A stretch of DNA of 64,000 bases from Dimorphilus gyrociliatus (GCA_904063045.1 CAJFCJ010000021.1:682001-746000), one strand, 5' to 3'; shown: positions 48,226 to 62,880, numbered from the stretch's first letter. Translations and numbers: made by a program. The notes: generated from the sequence alone by a model not told the origin.

Positions 48226-50554
48226 AGGTTTTTTCAAACTATACACAAACAGTATAGTTTTATAGATACTGTATATAGATACAATAGTAATATAATCAAT
48301 ATTATATATTTATATGTCTTATATACATATACTTATCTATATTCAGGTACATTTATGTTTACTTTTTTAAAAGTATCAGAATATAAAAACTGCACTGTTT
48401 TTATTATTATTATTATTATTATTATAATGTTGTAGAGAGGAAAGCAACTTGAGAGATTAATATAATTATAGATAGATAGATAGATAGATAGAAGGTGAAA
48501 AAAGTTGCTATTATAAAAGAACAGCTTATAAATCATTTAAGAAACAGTTTTTTTTTCACATTATTTAAGTAAAAGAAGTAATTTAATAATTAATTAATTT
48601 TGCACTAAAGGAACTTTTCCCCTTCTTTTTTTGTTTCCACTTGACGCTTTATTAATCTATATTCTGGTTTTGTAGCAAATTTAGACATATATATATATAC
48701 TGTACAAATGGTAAATAGAATATGCGTATTGAATATGAAATATGAGAATGACTATTCAGCTGTTGTATATTTAAACAAAGCTCATTTTGAACGTTGTTAA
48801 AATCAACTATCTTACTTACCAGCCCCTTCTTACCTTTCACCCCTTGGCTAGTTTACTTACTTTAGCCCATTTACTTTAAACTTTTTATAAAGGAGTAATG
48901 CAAGTATAATAATATCTAAGCATATTAATACTCTACTATATAATTAAACTATATATCTTGCAATCTAAACTATACTACACGCAATCTATAATTTAGAGCT
49001 AACAAACTAATGAAAATCGAATCTGCTTGTAATTAAATCTGGAAAAAAATTATAAATAAAATAAACACATCTTTGAGTTAAATATAAACATATCAAATTA
49101 TTTATAAAAGTTTATATAAAAGAATAAAAAAGAAAAAAAACCAATATTGGAAGTAAGTATCAACAAATACAAAGGGGAAAAAATTTTTACAAGTAGTTTT
49201 TCTCATAGCATCGTTACGGCCTGCTAAAGGCCTATTTTCCTTCTTTATTTACTTATTGAAAAAAGACCCTTTCTCTTATCCGACTCAAGTCTTCGTATAA
49301 TTTTCAACGAGATAGAAAGGAAACTCGATTTTTTTACTGTACATTTTCTATTGTTATTACAATTATTACGACTGTTTTTGTCTCTTGTATGCATCTATTA
49401 AGATTAAGTAAGTATTTTATTTTTGATAAAAACAATAGAGAGAAAGACAAGATAAAGAAAATTAAGAGGAAAAAGAGAGAAAGGTTAGAAACAAAAATAT
49501 ATTAAATGTTTAATATGATAATAAATAATAAATAGATAGGTGAATTGTTTAGATTGATAGAGATATTTGAAGAGTGAATTAGAGACAAAACGTTTTATAT
49601 AGTTCATCTTTAGCGTTATATTTTACCGAACAATAAGCAACTTTACTAATAAATAAATAAAAGAAAGAAAAAAAAGAAAGGTAAAATTAAGCCTTAATGG
49701 ATATTTACTGTGCTATTGCAAGGTAAACAAACTAGTATTGTAAGTGTAGGTCTTTTCTGCCTATCGATGAAAGCTTTATCACCTCTTTTTTTTCACTTTA
49801 TTAGAAATGAAACCTTTAGGATATAAATAAACATATCTAATTAAAGATCTTAATATTTTTTGATATCAGACACGATAGGAGTAGCTAGCTGCTTGTAATT
49901 ACTTTATACAGTATAATTACGTATAAAATCACGTAAAAAAACAGATTTTTTTTTGTCTATTCTTCCTTCCTCTTTCTATCCGTTCTTTCTATTATTCTTA
50001 AGTGGTTAGGATAATTTATTACATGGCCAGTTAAGTAGTCTTTCAATCGTAATATACTTACCAATCTACCAACAACAAAAAAACACATAAAGAAATTTAT
50101 TGAATAAAATATCATGTGACTCTTATAAGGCGATCATGTGACAATTGGGAACATTCTAATACGAAATACTTTGAATATATACAAAACAGTCTTGTAATCG
50201 TGCTTTTCTTCTAAAACATAAAGGCATTTTTTAAAAGCGTCTAATCGATGTAATTAGCTAGATTTTTCTAGCATACTAGGCACGAGCTGAAAAGCTTTTC
50301 AGAAGCTTTTGTTAGCAATACGAGTACGCGTCACCCCCATTGTTGACAGATTGCGGTCGTGTGTTTTTTTCCCTCCATCTTCTTCTATATAGTCTCATCA
50401 AGATGAAAAAAATTGCTAGTTTGTCACGACAAACATTTTTTTTTACAGGTCGTCAGTCAAGTGGCAACAGAACCCGGATACGACCTCGATTTGGCCTATC
50501 GTTTACTAGCAGTTTGCGCCAATCATCGAGAAAAATTTACCCCAAATTCAGCAT
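45572..50554 (+). CDS. ZMIZ1: Zinc finger MIZ domain-containing protein (ZMIZ1/2, tonalli-like): first three coding exons, gene continues beyond window
   Basis: Exon 45572-45634: [21 protein letters not shown]. Exon 46622-46735: [38 protein letters not shown]. Exon 50449-50554: [35 protein letters not shown] plus 1 nt. All GT-AG and in frame. Matches the ZMIZ1 N-terminal domain (human, from memory: [90 protein letters not shown]). The next exon was not found before 64000. ZMIZ1 versus ZMIZ2 orthology cannot be resolved. Confidence 0.93.
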
Positions 50555-50900
50555 GTAAGTTAATTATCATATTTTTTTTTGAGCCTATTATTTAATTAGT
50601 GCCGGGTTCTTAAGTTAACTTAACTTTATTCATTATATGTTTGTTGCTTGTTTAAGTATAAAGAACTCTAGTTTATCGCTCTTGTTCTGTTATTGTTATG
50701 ATTATTATTCGGTTTATTAATGTTAGTATCCTGTTTTTCCTTTTTTTTTTAAAAAAAAAGAGAAGAAAAAAAAAACGTATAAGAACGAAAAGATAAATAG
50801 ATAGATAGATTTATTTGCAGTAATTTATATTAGTTTGTTGCATAGTAGTTGTTGGATAAAGTAAATTAAAGTAAACAAGTACTAAAATTTATATACAAGT

Positions 50901-50931
<31 letters not shown>

Positions 50932-51395
50932 CTGTATATACCACTACTATGCCATAGACTATAACACATATTTCTATTGAAAGCAATTAAGTATCAAGTT
51001 TTATAGGATAGAAAGAGAATACTTTTCAAATAAGAGCCTTAGGATAAAAGCCGTAAAAAACCGTTTGAAATAGAAAAAAGGGGTGTGTTAAATAAATTAC
51101 CACCACCTCGAAATCCCTTAGTGGATGGGATGACAGTAAAAATTACGTTTTCCCTTACTGCAATAGTAGCAATGATAAAAAAAAGATCTACTTTTAAACG
51201 CTACGTATTATATGTATTTCGATAATATTTTCATTCCCTCTCTCAAATAAAGAACGTGTAATAATGAATGAATGGGAAAGTGTCTAATAGAACAGTGTAT
51301 TTTAATGGGAAGGAAATGGGAGTATATTTTCTAAATACATATACTATATATAGTATATATAACAATATCCACAGATAGAGACGCGCATAAATCGC

Positions 51396-51431
<36 letters not shown>

Positions 51432-53529
51432 TGTACAAGGTATAGGATAAAACTATATCATAGTTTTTTCTCTAGTAACACAAGACGTTTATCGTGTGAT
51501 ATTTGATGTTACCAGAAATATAATAGAGAGAGAATGATTTCTTCTCTATTTAATTTCCTATAACCTACTCTTTCTCTATTTTTCTCTTTATATTCTACGA
51601 CATAAATATGTTTATATAAAAACATATTATACCCACAAACGTATATTTTCCCAACAAATTAAAGATTACACGATCTTTCTTAGAAATGCCGATTACTTCC
51701 CTTTAAACTTTTTAATTTTTGCTTTTTTATACTCAAATATTTAGATATTTAACTTTAAATTTAGACAAACATAAATATATAGTATTTTATATATTCTACT
51801 TATATATAAATAGAGCTACGTTGACGTCACCTTAACTATTTACACAATCCAAATAAAGTAGCCTTAAGAAATCATTGACGTAATAGAGGCAGGATGGATA
51901 AACTAAGGTAAAAACTTACGCATAAATTATAAAAATTGTGTAGGATGATAATAATAATGAAAAAAAAAAAGTTAATATAAGATAGTTTCCCTTTTCTCTT
52001 CAATTTTCATCATCGCTTTCCTCTTATTATTGTTATCTCGAAACTGGATTAACTATAGTTATTAGGGGACTAAGTGTGATAGAAAATAATAATAAGGTCA
52101 GAGTATTACCTCATATTATCGCTATAATATGAATTTCGATACCAAATATTCACTTATATTATACAATTGTATACAATATACGTATATGTGTATATACTTT
52201 CTATATACAACTAACAAGATCTTTCATTTTTCCCACTTTCACTCAATCACTCGCCCTCCTTTTTCTCCCTCCCACTCCCTCTCTCTATCTCTCTCTCATT
52301 CATTACGTCATCTGTAATAAAAATAGACATATTAATAACTATATTAAATTTCATTTCCTAAGGATTATTTAAAAGTAGAACGTAGGGTAGTTTTATTTGT
52401 TTAATTAAATGAAATGCTTCAGATCATCTTAATTATAATTCCAGAAATATGCATATTAATAATAACCGATAGATGGCGATAATATTTTTTAATAAATCTA
52501 CCGAAATATTTAGTCTATTCGTGACAAATCGCCATTAATATTATTATATCAACACTTTCTGACCATTATTATAATTAAACGTATGTAAATCATTTACGTC
52601 AGTTGCCACTTTCTTTATCCATCTAAATGGCCCATTTTCATTCTTTATTACAATGTAAATAGATACGTACTACTAGGACTTTTCTCTCTCGTTTCCCTAT
52701 ATAGAATATCCTTTTCTCTCCCCTTACCGCCCCCTACGCCTTAACCGTTAAATTCGTTACCCATTTAAGAATCTGCAAACGTTGCAGATATTCTAAGGCC
52801 TCGCTATTCCTTATCGTACTGACAGTGTTTTATAGTTTGTATGCGTGTGTATGTGTGTTTGTGGCTACGTATGCGTACGTATGCATATGTGTATGTGTGT
52901 GATATATATACTAATAGATGTCCGTATGCTGATAGTATTGTTGGTTTATGTATGAGAATACGAGTAGTTGATACGAATACATTTTTATTTGATAATAAAA
53001 GAAAGAGGGGTGAAGAAATAAGTGCCTAATGGAATATATATATATATATGTATGGATAGTATAAAAGAGGAAGTTATAAGATATGTTCATGATGCTTATT
53101 TTTGGAATAACGTATTTTTAGTACATTTTACGTATACATTTAAGCAACAGCTGAGAATATAAAAATCTCTTTTCCTCATCTCGCCCATTAAATCGGCTAA
53201 TATTTTATACGGTTTAATGCCAAGGATACTTGCAGATCATAGTTTGTGTAATTTGAGTATGATAGTCGAATGTTCACTTTTTTATGTAACTTTGAAGAAT
53301 CAGTAAAGCAACTTAAAGATTTTGTATGAATTAATTTTATCCTCCATATTATATACATGTCTATAATCAAGATTAAGATAAATAACGTGCATTGATACAG
53401 GTAATATACTTTAGCGAGTTGTCTTTTAATAATCTTACATTAAAGTAAAAAAAATTACACATTCTGTTATATCACATCCTTTCTTTATGTCTCTCCTGTA
53501 TCTGTGTGTTTTTCTCATCTATCACTCAA

Positions 53530-53550
53530 CCCTTTACTTTACTTTTCTTT

Positions 53551-53581
<31 letters not shown>

Positions 53582-54045
53582 CTCTCTCTCTCTCTCTTTC
53601 CCTTCCTCCCTCCCATCCTTTCTCTTTATTTCTTTTCAAATTATATATATATATATACCTTTAGTTCTTTTAACACCCTTCCATCTATACAATGTTTCTT
53701 TCTCTTTCAACAAAAGATCACGATACTTGATTGATTTTCCTAGTTGCTTAGTTTATAGAAAGAACTAGAGAGCAATAAAAAGAGCATCACAATATTTAAA
53801 TTTATTTTGGTAGTTTGATGTCCAATCAAGCAATTTTATTAATAGTTGCTACTCAGAGAATAAAGACGCTCTATTTTGTTTACACATTCTCTCTCTCTCT
53901 CTCTCTCTCTCGCCCCTTCTTTCTCTTACCACCCTGCCCTACCCCCTTCCTTTCTTTCCTACCCCCCCTCCTTCATTTTCCCCTTCCCTTTTCGTTTCTA
54001 ACCCAGCCCCCCTCCTTCCTTCCGCCTTCCCACCTTCCCCCCCTT
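53530..54045. repeat. Long polypyrimidine (CT/CCT/CCCCT) tracts in the ZMIZ intron
   Basis: (CT)n and C-rich runs at ~53530-53640 and ~53885-54045; a similar tract lies at ~38030-38190. Confidence 0.85.
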
Positions 54046-54976
54046 CTTGTTTTGTACTTTATAGTGTCCCTTTTCGCTCGCGTGCCTAGACAGTTTAGTG
54101 GCGTCATCTAGCGTCTGATTCTTGAATTATGCTAATTAGTTTGTAAAAGAGGCAGAGAGTTTTTCTTTGTGTAAAATAGGGTTATATAGCGACAGATGTC
54201 TACACGCGGAAAAATCCGTCGCTCTATACAAAATTTCCTCTTCAATATTATTATTTTTCAATGTCCTCTTTCTTCTCTCTTTCTCTAAAATTTTCTTTAT
54301 ATCATCATTGCTCTTGTATATTTATCTCTATCTGTCGATCTATGTGTGAGTATGAGTGAGTAAGTGAGTGAGAGTGTGTGTATGTGTATGTGAATGTGTA
54401 TGTATGTATGTGTGTGTGTGTGTGTGCATGATTGTGTGTATACAATGTTCATTGTTCACTTGTATACCTAATGAGCTTATGACTTGTAACTTTTATTGAG
54501 AATAATTAGCCAAGATAAAATATTTATATGATTTTTATTATTATTTCCATATTCAACATAGGTATAATTATCATAATTGAACGATATCAAAACGCTTTTT
54601 AACAAAGTATTAGGTCATTGTTAAAAGTTTCGTCGAGTGTTCGCGATCGTTCTATATGTCATATAATACGGTCGTTATCAGATGGCATCTAGGTCATTGT
54701 AAAATTCTATATGGCAACTGTGATTTTCAAAAGGTTAACTTTCATGTAATGCGCATATCATAAAAAAATAAGATTTAGGCCTTCTTTTGCATAAATTATT
54801 CCTTACGCACGTTTTTCTCTGTCGGCCTATATTAGAGAGAAAATTTTTTTAGCCTGTCTTCGTATTGGCAAGAGTTAGCCTTGGAGCCTTAAAAATATCT
54901 ATAGGTGTATATTACATCTATATAAAGTCTATATAGCATATGCTCATGTAGCCGTAGATGTCTCCTCATACGACGT

Positions 54977-55012
<36 letters not shown>

Positions 55013-58000
55013 CATTTGAATACATATGTGTATATAGATATGTAAATGTATTAGCGGTGTATATACCCTACACACGCTTATGCACAGACATATACACATA
55101 GGGAGTACAATATTTACTATAAATTGATAGTGTGCTATATCAGGGGCGAAAAGGGTCGGCGCAGATGTGTGCCACTGTACCGTTTGGTGGATACGCACTT
55201 TTTGGGCCGTTGCCAACATTTTTTTGCTCTTCAATTTTCTTTCTTTATCCCTACGCGCCGCCCAACGTTTTTCGGGCCCCAGAGTTTTTGTATACACTTC
55301 CTTTTTTTACACATAAAAAGGGTCGAAATATTGAGGAAAAAAACGGAGGGGGTGGAGGGAAGGGGGAGCGTATTTTATTTTTTGCTTTATCCTCCTTTTC
55401 CGTACAAAGTATAGCCTTCACTTGTAGTTATATCGTATAAATTATACATATACGTATATGTGTGTGTATAAACAATGTCTATATACTTGTATATATGTAT
55501 ATACATATACATAGACTCTCTTATCTCTTTTTACTAAACTATCTCTAGACAATATACACTAGATATTCACTTAACAATAGTCTTAATTCCGTACTAGATT
55601 GAATGTATTTGTAAAATGTAATTTAGATAGATAGCGTATACCGTGTCATTAGTGACAGCACTATCGTTTGAATTTCATCTACTAGGGTGCGCAAAATTCC
55701 ATTTTCCGGTTCGTTTTCCCGATTATACACTATTGCGCAATCGAATAACTCTCGCCCTTTATCTTTAATACTATATTCTTAAATCAATGTTATCGATAGA
55801 AAAGAATTAGTGTAGATTTGTTTGACAAAACTAAAATAAAGGAAAGAATAGAAAGAAAGGAAGAGAGGGAAGACTAGGATTTCTTTCTTTTGCAGACAAA
55901 CCTTATTTATTGTTATAATTAGCAAGTAAATGAATAATTAGATATGCAGTACACATATTGACTCGTATAATTTCATATCTATGTAAATTTTTATACAAAG
56001 CATATAAAATAGTATTTAAAGTATACGGCCAATTGAAATTTCATTGTTGCGTATATATTTTACGTTTTCCGATCAGCATAAATAAATAGACACGTTCAAG
56101 CGATTTCAAAATAGATCAAGTGTTCCATTCTGATAGACTAACGTGTATAATAACAGATTATAAATATCTAAAGTATATTTTACTCTATATATATACTTGA
56201 ATGTTTAATATGTACATTGTTTAGGTAGAGCTGTAGGTGTAGGTGTACAGGTAGGTGGGCAGGTAGAGGAAAGATAGGCTGGTTAGTTTCGTACATAGGT
56301 AGGTAGACAGACAGACAGATAGATAGATAGCTGGATAGGCATGTAAATAGAGTTATACAAGACAAGAGCTGAACACGCGTCATGCATCGTATATAAAACC
56401 GTCATATTTAAGCGTTTATACATGTATCAAGTGATATGTAAGACAATATAGTATAGTATTTTATTCACCAGTAAGAAAGAACCAGTCTCACAACATTCTT
56501 ATTGGCTACCATATAGCTATATATATATATATATGTATATGTATAATAAATACAGTAAATATATAGATATTTTATAGTATTTACATTTATTTATAAATTA
56601 CCAATTAGTAATTCATTGATACTTGAGAATATAAAAATCGAATTATAAAAATTCTTAATAACTATCTATCAAAAGAAAAAAAAAGTAATATTCTGATATA
56701 AATTCCATACTCTACCTATCTTAATCAGTATCGTTCAATTAGCTATTTCAAGGTTTTAATATTAATCTAATCGAAAAAACACACACCTTTATTACGGTGT
56801 AACACGTGTCTAACAGTTTTGTATAGATAAAATATAAATATTAGTCAAAAAACATATGATTATATTCACAGTAATAATAATAAAATAATGATAATAATAA
56901 TAATCTATTCGTTGAATATAAAAACATTGGATAATAGTAAATTAAAAAGGATGCTATATCTACAATACTGTATAAACATAATACACCTCTACCTTTATCA
57001 ATTTATATATATATATGATTTTCTTTTGATAAATATCTAGGTAAAATAGAGTCCATAAAGCAAAAAAAGGATAGAGTAGATATATGTTAGTTTGATTTAT
57101 TATTCAGCTACACAACTGAATAACTTTCTATTCTATATTTCTTCTTTACGTAACTTGTTATTGTGTGAAATATTGACAAATTTTTTTCAATCATTAAAAT
57201 CTAGTTTCTATTTAATATTATTTTATTACTATCAGTTTATGAATATGTTATATATAATATGTAGTAAATACTATAAAATCCTCATTTGTAACGTTAACCA
57301 GTCAAAAAGCATCTTGCATTCTTACAATCTGTATACGCTCTCTCGTACTACAAAATTTGTATATAAACCGATTAAGGAAGCATGTCAAACGATATGCGAA
57401 CTTCCGAGTGGTAATTAGTGTTGAAGCCATACCGCGAATTCTGGTCAATTAGCAAATCTTCTGTTGGATCGGAAGAGGTAAATTACTCCCTTTTAGCTAC
57501 TTTAACACTCTTAAACGGTTGTGGTTTTTTTTTTGTATCTTCCTCTCTTTTTCCTCTTTCCGAATATAAATTCTCAATATTGTAAGCTTCTTTTTTCCCT
57601 TGTTTCCGCTTTTAAATAACAATTTCTAATTTATAAACGTTGACAACAATTTGATTTCACTTATTAGTGTCTTGTAAACGTCAAATGGTGCCACCTGTTT
57701 CAGAGATTTTCATGTCATCTCTCTCTGCTCTCTTTGCCCTCTTCCCGTTGCTCCCTTCAATTCTTTATCCGCTTAGGCTGATTCTCTTAATTATTGAATT
57801 TAACAATCTTAAAAGAATATCGATTAGAGATTCATCTGCTTTCTTTTTAACCCATTATGATTATCATTACTATTCATTGCGAGCCATTGTTTAGTCAGCT
57901 AGCGAAGCGAAGCCGCTATCAAGTGGTGACAAAGTATAGATATTTACAAAGGAGGCAGATATTACGCAAAATTAATAATGTAATGTTAAGAAATTATAGA

Positions 58001-60379
58001 TAAACGTGAAGTAATAGCATAACGTAAGACATTCTTTTAGTTTTTGACTCTGTTTTGTGATTATGACACTATATTCAGAAATCGATTAAACTTTGCACTG
58101 TGTACAGTATGTAGATAAGATTACATTCTCCCTTTAAAGTCGTTTAACTGTAAGTCAATAGAAATCTGAGCACAATACAATTCCTGTAATAGAGCATACA
58201 CAATTGAATATAATTCATTCAATTCCCTAGCATTTATACTTAAATTATAAATAATCAACAAATAACAAATTAATCTTTATTTTTTAATAGCATTACAAGC
58301 GTAAAAAATGGTACTTGTATAGATTATATCAATGTTCAATGAATAATAATGAAATATTAATATTTTTCAATAGTAAATTCCGTATAACCATATAGAGACA
58401 AGTCTTTATTTATTTAAAGTTTGAACAAGACAAAAAAATCAATATTTCGATTGGCAGGTAGATAATTAGTATTCTTTTCGAATTAATAGGTAAAATTTAA
58501 ACTTTCATCGGATTGTCTAATTAAATTTATATAATAGTATCATACCGCTCTTCTCTTTAATACAATTTGTAGCGCGTACTATCTTTTTCCCTCTCGAAAC
58601 TTTTTTACTTTGGAGAATGTTTGGTATTTTTGTTTGTTTGTTGCCCACTGAGTAGGAAACTTTTTTTCGTACTCTATCACACACAATTAACTGCTTTAGG
58701 GAATCTAATTGGTCTGATTTAATTCGAGTAATTAGGTAGAGATAGACATATATTTATAATGGAAACCGAACGACAAACAAATGATAGATAGGTCAGTAAG
58801 GAAACGAGAGAATAGATACTAAAGAAAGCAGGAAAGAAAGAAAGAAAGAAAGAAAGAAAGAGTGAATGAGTGAGCGAGCGAATAAGTGGAAAAGAGGAGG
58901 GAATCTAGTCAATAATCGAATGTTTTATTATGGCAATCTGTAGGAAATTATCCATTTTTCAAATCGATTTCTTGCAATTAAAGTAAAACGTGTACAATAG
59001 TTTCGTCCCTTGTTTATATTAAACAATCTACTGTTTACGGATAAATACGGACTATATGTATATATTCACTAAGTACATTCTCTTTTCCTTCTCTTCTCCT
59101 ATATTTCCTTTATTCATTTTGACTTTTAAATACCTAATAATGCAGTTCTTCTAGGCGAAAAAGGCATAAAATTGGCAAATAATACTACAATTAGTATTAG
59201 TGATGCGTTAACTTGAAAAATATTATTCTAACCTATAAATATGAGCATATTACATACAATTATTGAATAGATTGAATTGTAATATGGCCATAACATAAAA
59301 AAATAACCCCCCACCCCCCTATCCGCCCTCCCCTCTATCCGTACTCGCTAATTTTTGATATTATCAATGTATATATACAACCAATTTACCTCACACAGCT
59401 ATATACTTTATATTTTATGTATTTATGAAAGAGAAAACTTAAACATTCAATTTTCAATCAATATAGATATATCGCTCAAGGTTTCTTTTCATTCAATATT
59501 CAAATGAGCGAATAAAAAGTTGTTTAAGAGGACAGTTAGATTTAGACAGACACCTGTTTTTCAAGCATTTCTGGTATGAACAATCCGAAACACTTTTAAC
59601 CCCTCGTTTCCAAGGCGATCGACGCGTGGGTCGGTTTATTACGGGGTCAGAGGGGGTGTCGCCATCGTTTAAGCGTCTGCACGTGCATATACGTTGACCA
59701 TTGTCCAGATAGGGGTCGATTATTTAAGCTTAAAAAAAAAAAAGTTTACAAAATAGCCCGCGCGTGCGACTATTAATCACATAGTTAATCTCAATTTCGT
59801 TAGAAATATATTACTGACAAAGAAACTGTTCGTTTCGCTTGAATGGATAACCTTATATATTCAAACTAGAAAATAATCGACATACGCGCTTTTTTTTATT
59901 TTGTCAACATGTCTCCGTTCCTTGTTGCTATTTCTTTTGACAAATAGGCTGCCCAAGTCAATAAAAGCTAGTCGCGTGTCTTAATTTTTCTTACACTACT
60001 AAAAGTTTCAATCACATGTCTTATTAATTAATTATGCATTTTACATATTCATGCATAATATTCAAAGAGAACAATTAAAGTGTGAGAGTGAGTAAGTGAG
60101 CATGTACATGTCTATATACTGTATATATATATATATAGTAGATACGTGTATATGTATGTACGTATGGCTGGATGGATGGACGTGTGTGTGTGTGTGTATG
60201 TGTGTGTGAATGTACAAGTGACTAGCAACGATTTAAGACAAGTGTATACATATGAATATGCGCATGTATATTTATAATATACATAAATATATAGATATAT
60301 ATATTGCAATCTATTCCTAAAAAAAAGAGGGAAAAAGATTGATAAATAGATAAATAGATGGAAAATCTAAAGAGCCAGA

Positions 60380-60419
<40 letters not shown>

Positions 60420-62189
60420 CGGGAGAGATATGTAGAATAAAGTCGTTAAATAGTGGGGAAAAATTCCATTACTCTTTCTTTCAACTGGAAAGTCGAGTAA
60501 TTAAGATGGGAAAAAAAGGAGGAAACGATGAAATGTACAATCGTTAAAGTTGGAGTGAAGATATTCTAATAAAATTTTCTAGCATGAAAATAAAGAAAGC
60601 AAGGAACACCTGTGAACAAATGATTGATCAGATCAAAATAGCTGTAAAAACTGCGCGCGGTAGGAAAAGCGTTGAATCTGATTAGAATACGATGCATATT
60701 CATTAGCCGCCATTGTAAAGGCGACATGGTGTCAGTTAGTTTTGAGTGAGAGTTCTTCGCAAGATCTTTTATTGTTTTTCGAAAAATTTTTGGATTTCTT
60801 ATAAAAAAAATATTCCGCCGGAAGTTGAATACGTAAAAGGACAACGAGGATTTATTATTAGGAGACTATCAAACAAATACTTTACTATACAGATGCAATA
60901 TTTGGGATGTATAAACAAACTGTAAGTACTTGTTGTATATAAAGGCGTTTTTTTTTTTTCTACACTGTTTAATTTAGCTTCCATATACTTGAATATGGTT
61001 AGGCTATTATACTATTATTATAGGCACTTATTTTTCTGTTGCATTTTATTAGCCTTTTCATATATTTAAAGGCTCCCTATTGCTCTGATTTCTTCCCTTT
61101 TTTAACCTAAATTTTTTTTCGAACCGTACGAGACTTTTGTTCTATTATGTAACATTCTTAACCGCCTGACAAAGTGAAAGTCTGCCCTAATTTTTTTTCA
61201 ATACTAGAACATTTATATATGTCTAAATAGAGAAGGGATACATGCGAATACACGCGCATATAACAAATAGAAAATGAACGTGAGCGAAAATGGGAGAAGA
61301 TGAAGCGCGGAGAGATGTAGTAGAGATCTATAACTGATATATACATATATATATATATATATAAATATATATATATATTGTATATATATATATATACGAT
61401 AAGTGCCACGCGCCTCATTTGCATATTGTTATACTTTTTTCAAGGGTAAATATCAATCAAAGTTTGTTAATTTTTGAAATCTTGTCCTTTTAAGAAAGTC
61501 TTAAAAAAAATCAATAAAAGTACTTTACTTTTATTCTGTTTATACGAATATATTGAAATATATATGCAACTACATGCATAAGTGCCTGTAATATCTGTAC
61601 AATATGCTTTTATATACACCTATATTTACTCTGAAATATATATATATATATTTCAATGTTATTGTATAGATGGATAGATACATGCATATGTATCTATGTT
61701 TATACATATATATATATATTTATATATATATATATATATATATATCTAATAATAATAATAAAAGGAATAAGTAGGTCGGTTGTAGCGAGGGGCTAAATGG
61801 CCCTATAATGGTCATTGGGTGGGCCAGACTGAAGTATCCTACTTGTTTATACTTTTCTTATTTATGTCTGTCTGCCTTCTCGTTGGCAGTTAAATATTTG
61901 AAAATTCCACTCTTTTTTTTTTTTCCCAACCATACTAAACTTTCTTAAATTCCATGCTAAACTGTTCTTTATTTTCTTTCTTTTCTTCCATTCTTTAACC
62001 CTTTACCCATCCATATATATATATATATAAGCGTTTTTATTTCCCGCCATTTTACAACATTTATCTTTATTAATGGATTTGTATCTCCCAACGCATCATT
62101 CACTTTCTCTGTGTTTCTATATCGCGCCTTTTGTTTATTTGGGTATTGAATACTTTCCGAAATTATATTTTAATAATACAAAAAATCAA

Positions 62190-62880
62190 CAACGCCATCT
62201 ATTGAAACGACCCTTATCTTTTTAAGTATGTAACAATAATTTTTATCAGCTATATGCATTGTTTAAATTGGTTAACAATTGTCAGAATATCGCAATCTAC
62301 ACTTTGTTCTCTTCAATCAATCGTAAAGAAACGTAACGTCTATCTCATCAAGAAGTTATATACTTATATATATATATACTGGTTTATTTATAGAGATTTT
62401 TTGATACAATATAAAACGAAAGAAAGGTTAGAGGGAACAAATCTTTATGTACTATATATATATATATATATATTGTAACAGAAAAAAAAGAGAATAGAAA
62501 AAAACACTGACAACGCCATCTATCGTTTGAAAATAACTGTATTAAATACGTCAAAATTACTCTATAGAAAATCTAAAGTTATCAAAAATATCTAGTATTC
62601 TTTTTAAGTTGAATAGCAGAGTCTAACACGGCGGTGTAATAACAAGCAATGTTTACTCGCGTTAGTCAGTCGTGCATAAAGGCGGCGACAGAAGAAGTTT
62701 ATTGATTAGCTATTGATCCGATTTCGTTCTTTGTCGAATCCATATAACGTACGATCGTTATAACGCAATCTTTTTGTGTACAAATTATAAATCAATCGGA
62801 CGAAAATAATCTCACTTTACGAGTCTAGCATTGTCGAGTTTAATCTTTACGATTATATTAACCTCTAAGATGGCGCCACT
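62190..62880. promoter_or_regulatory. Three CTCF/YY1-like motifs: two identical CAACGCCATCTAT (reverse) and CTAAGATGGCGCCACT (forward)
   Basis: Exact 13-mer at 62190-62202 and 62511-62523; forward motif at 62865-62880. Confidence 0.5.
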
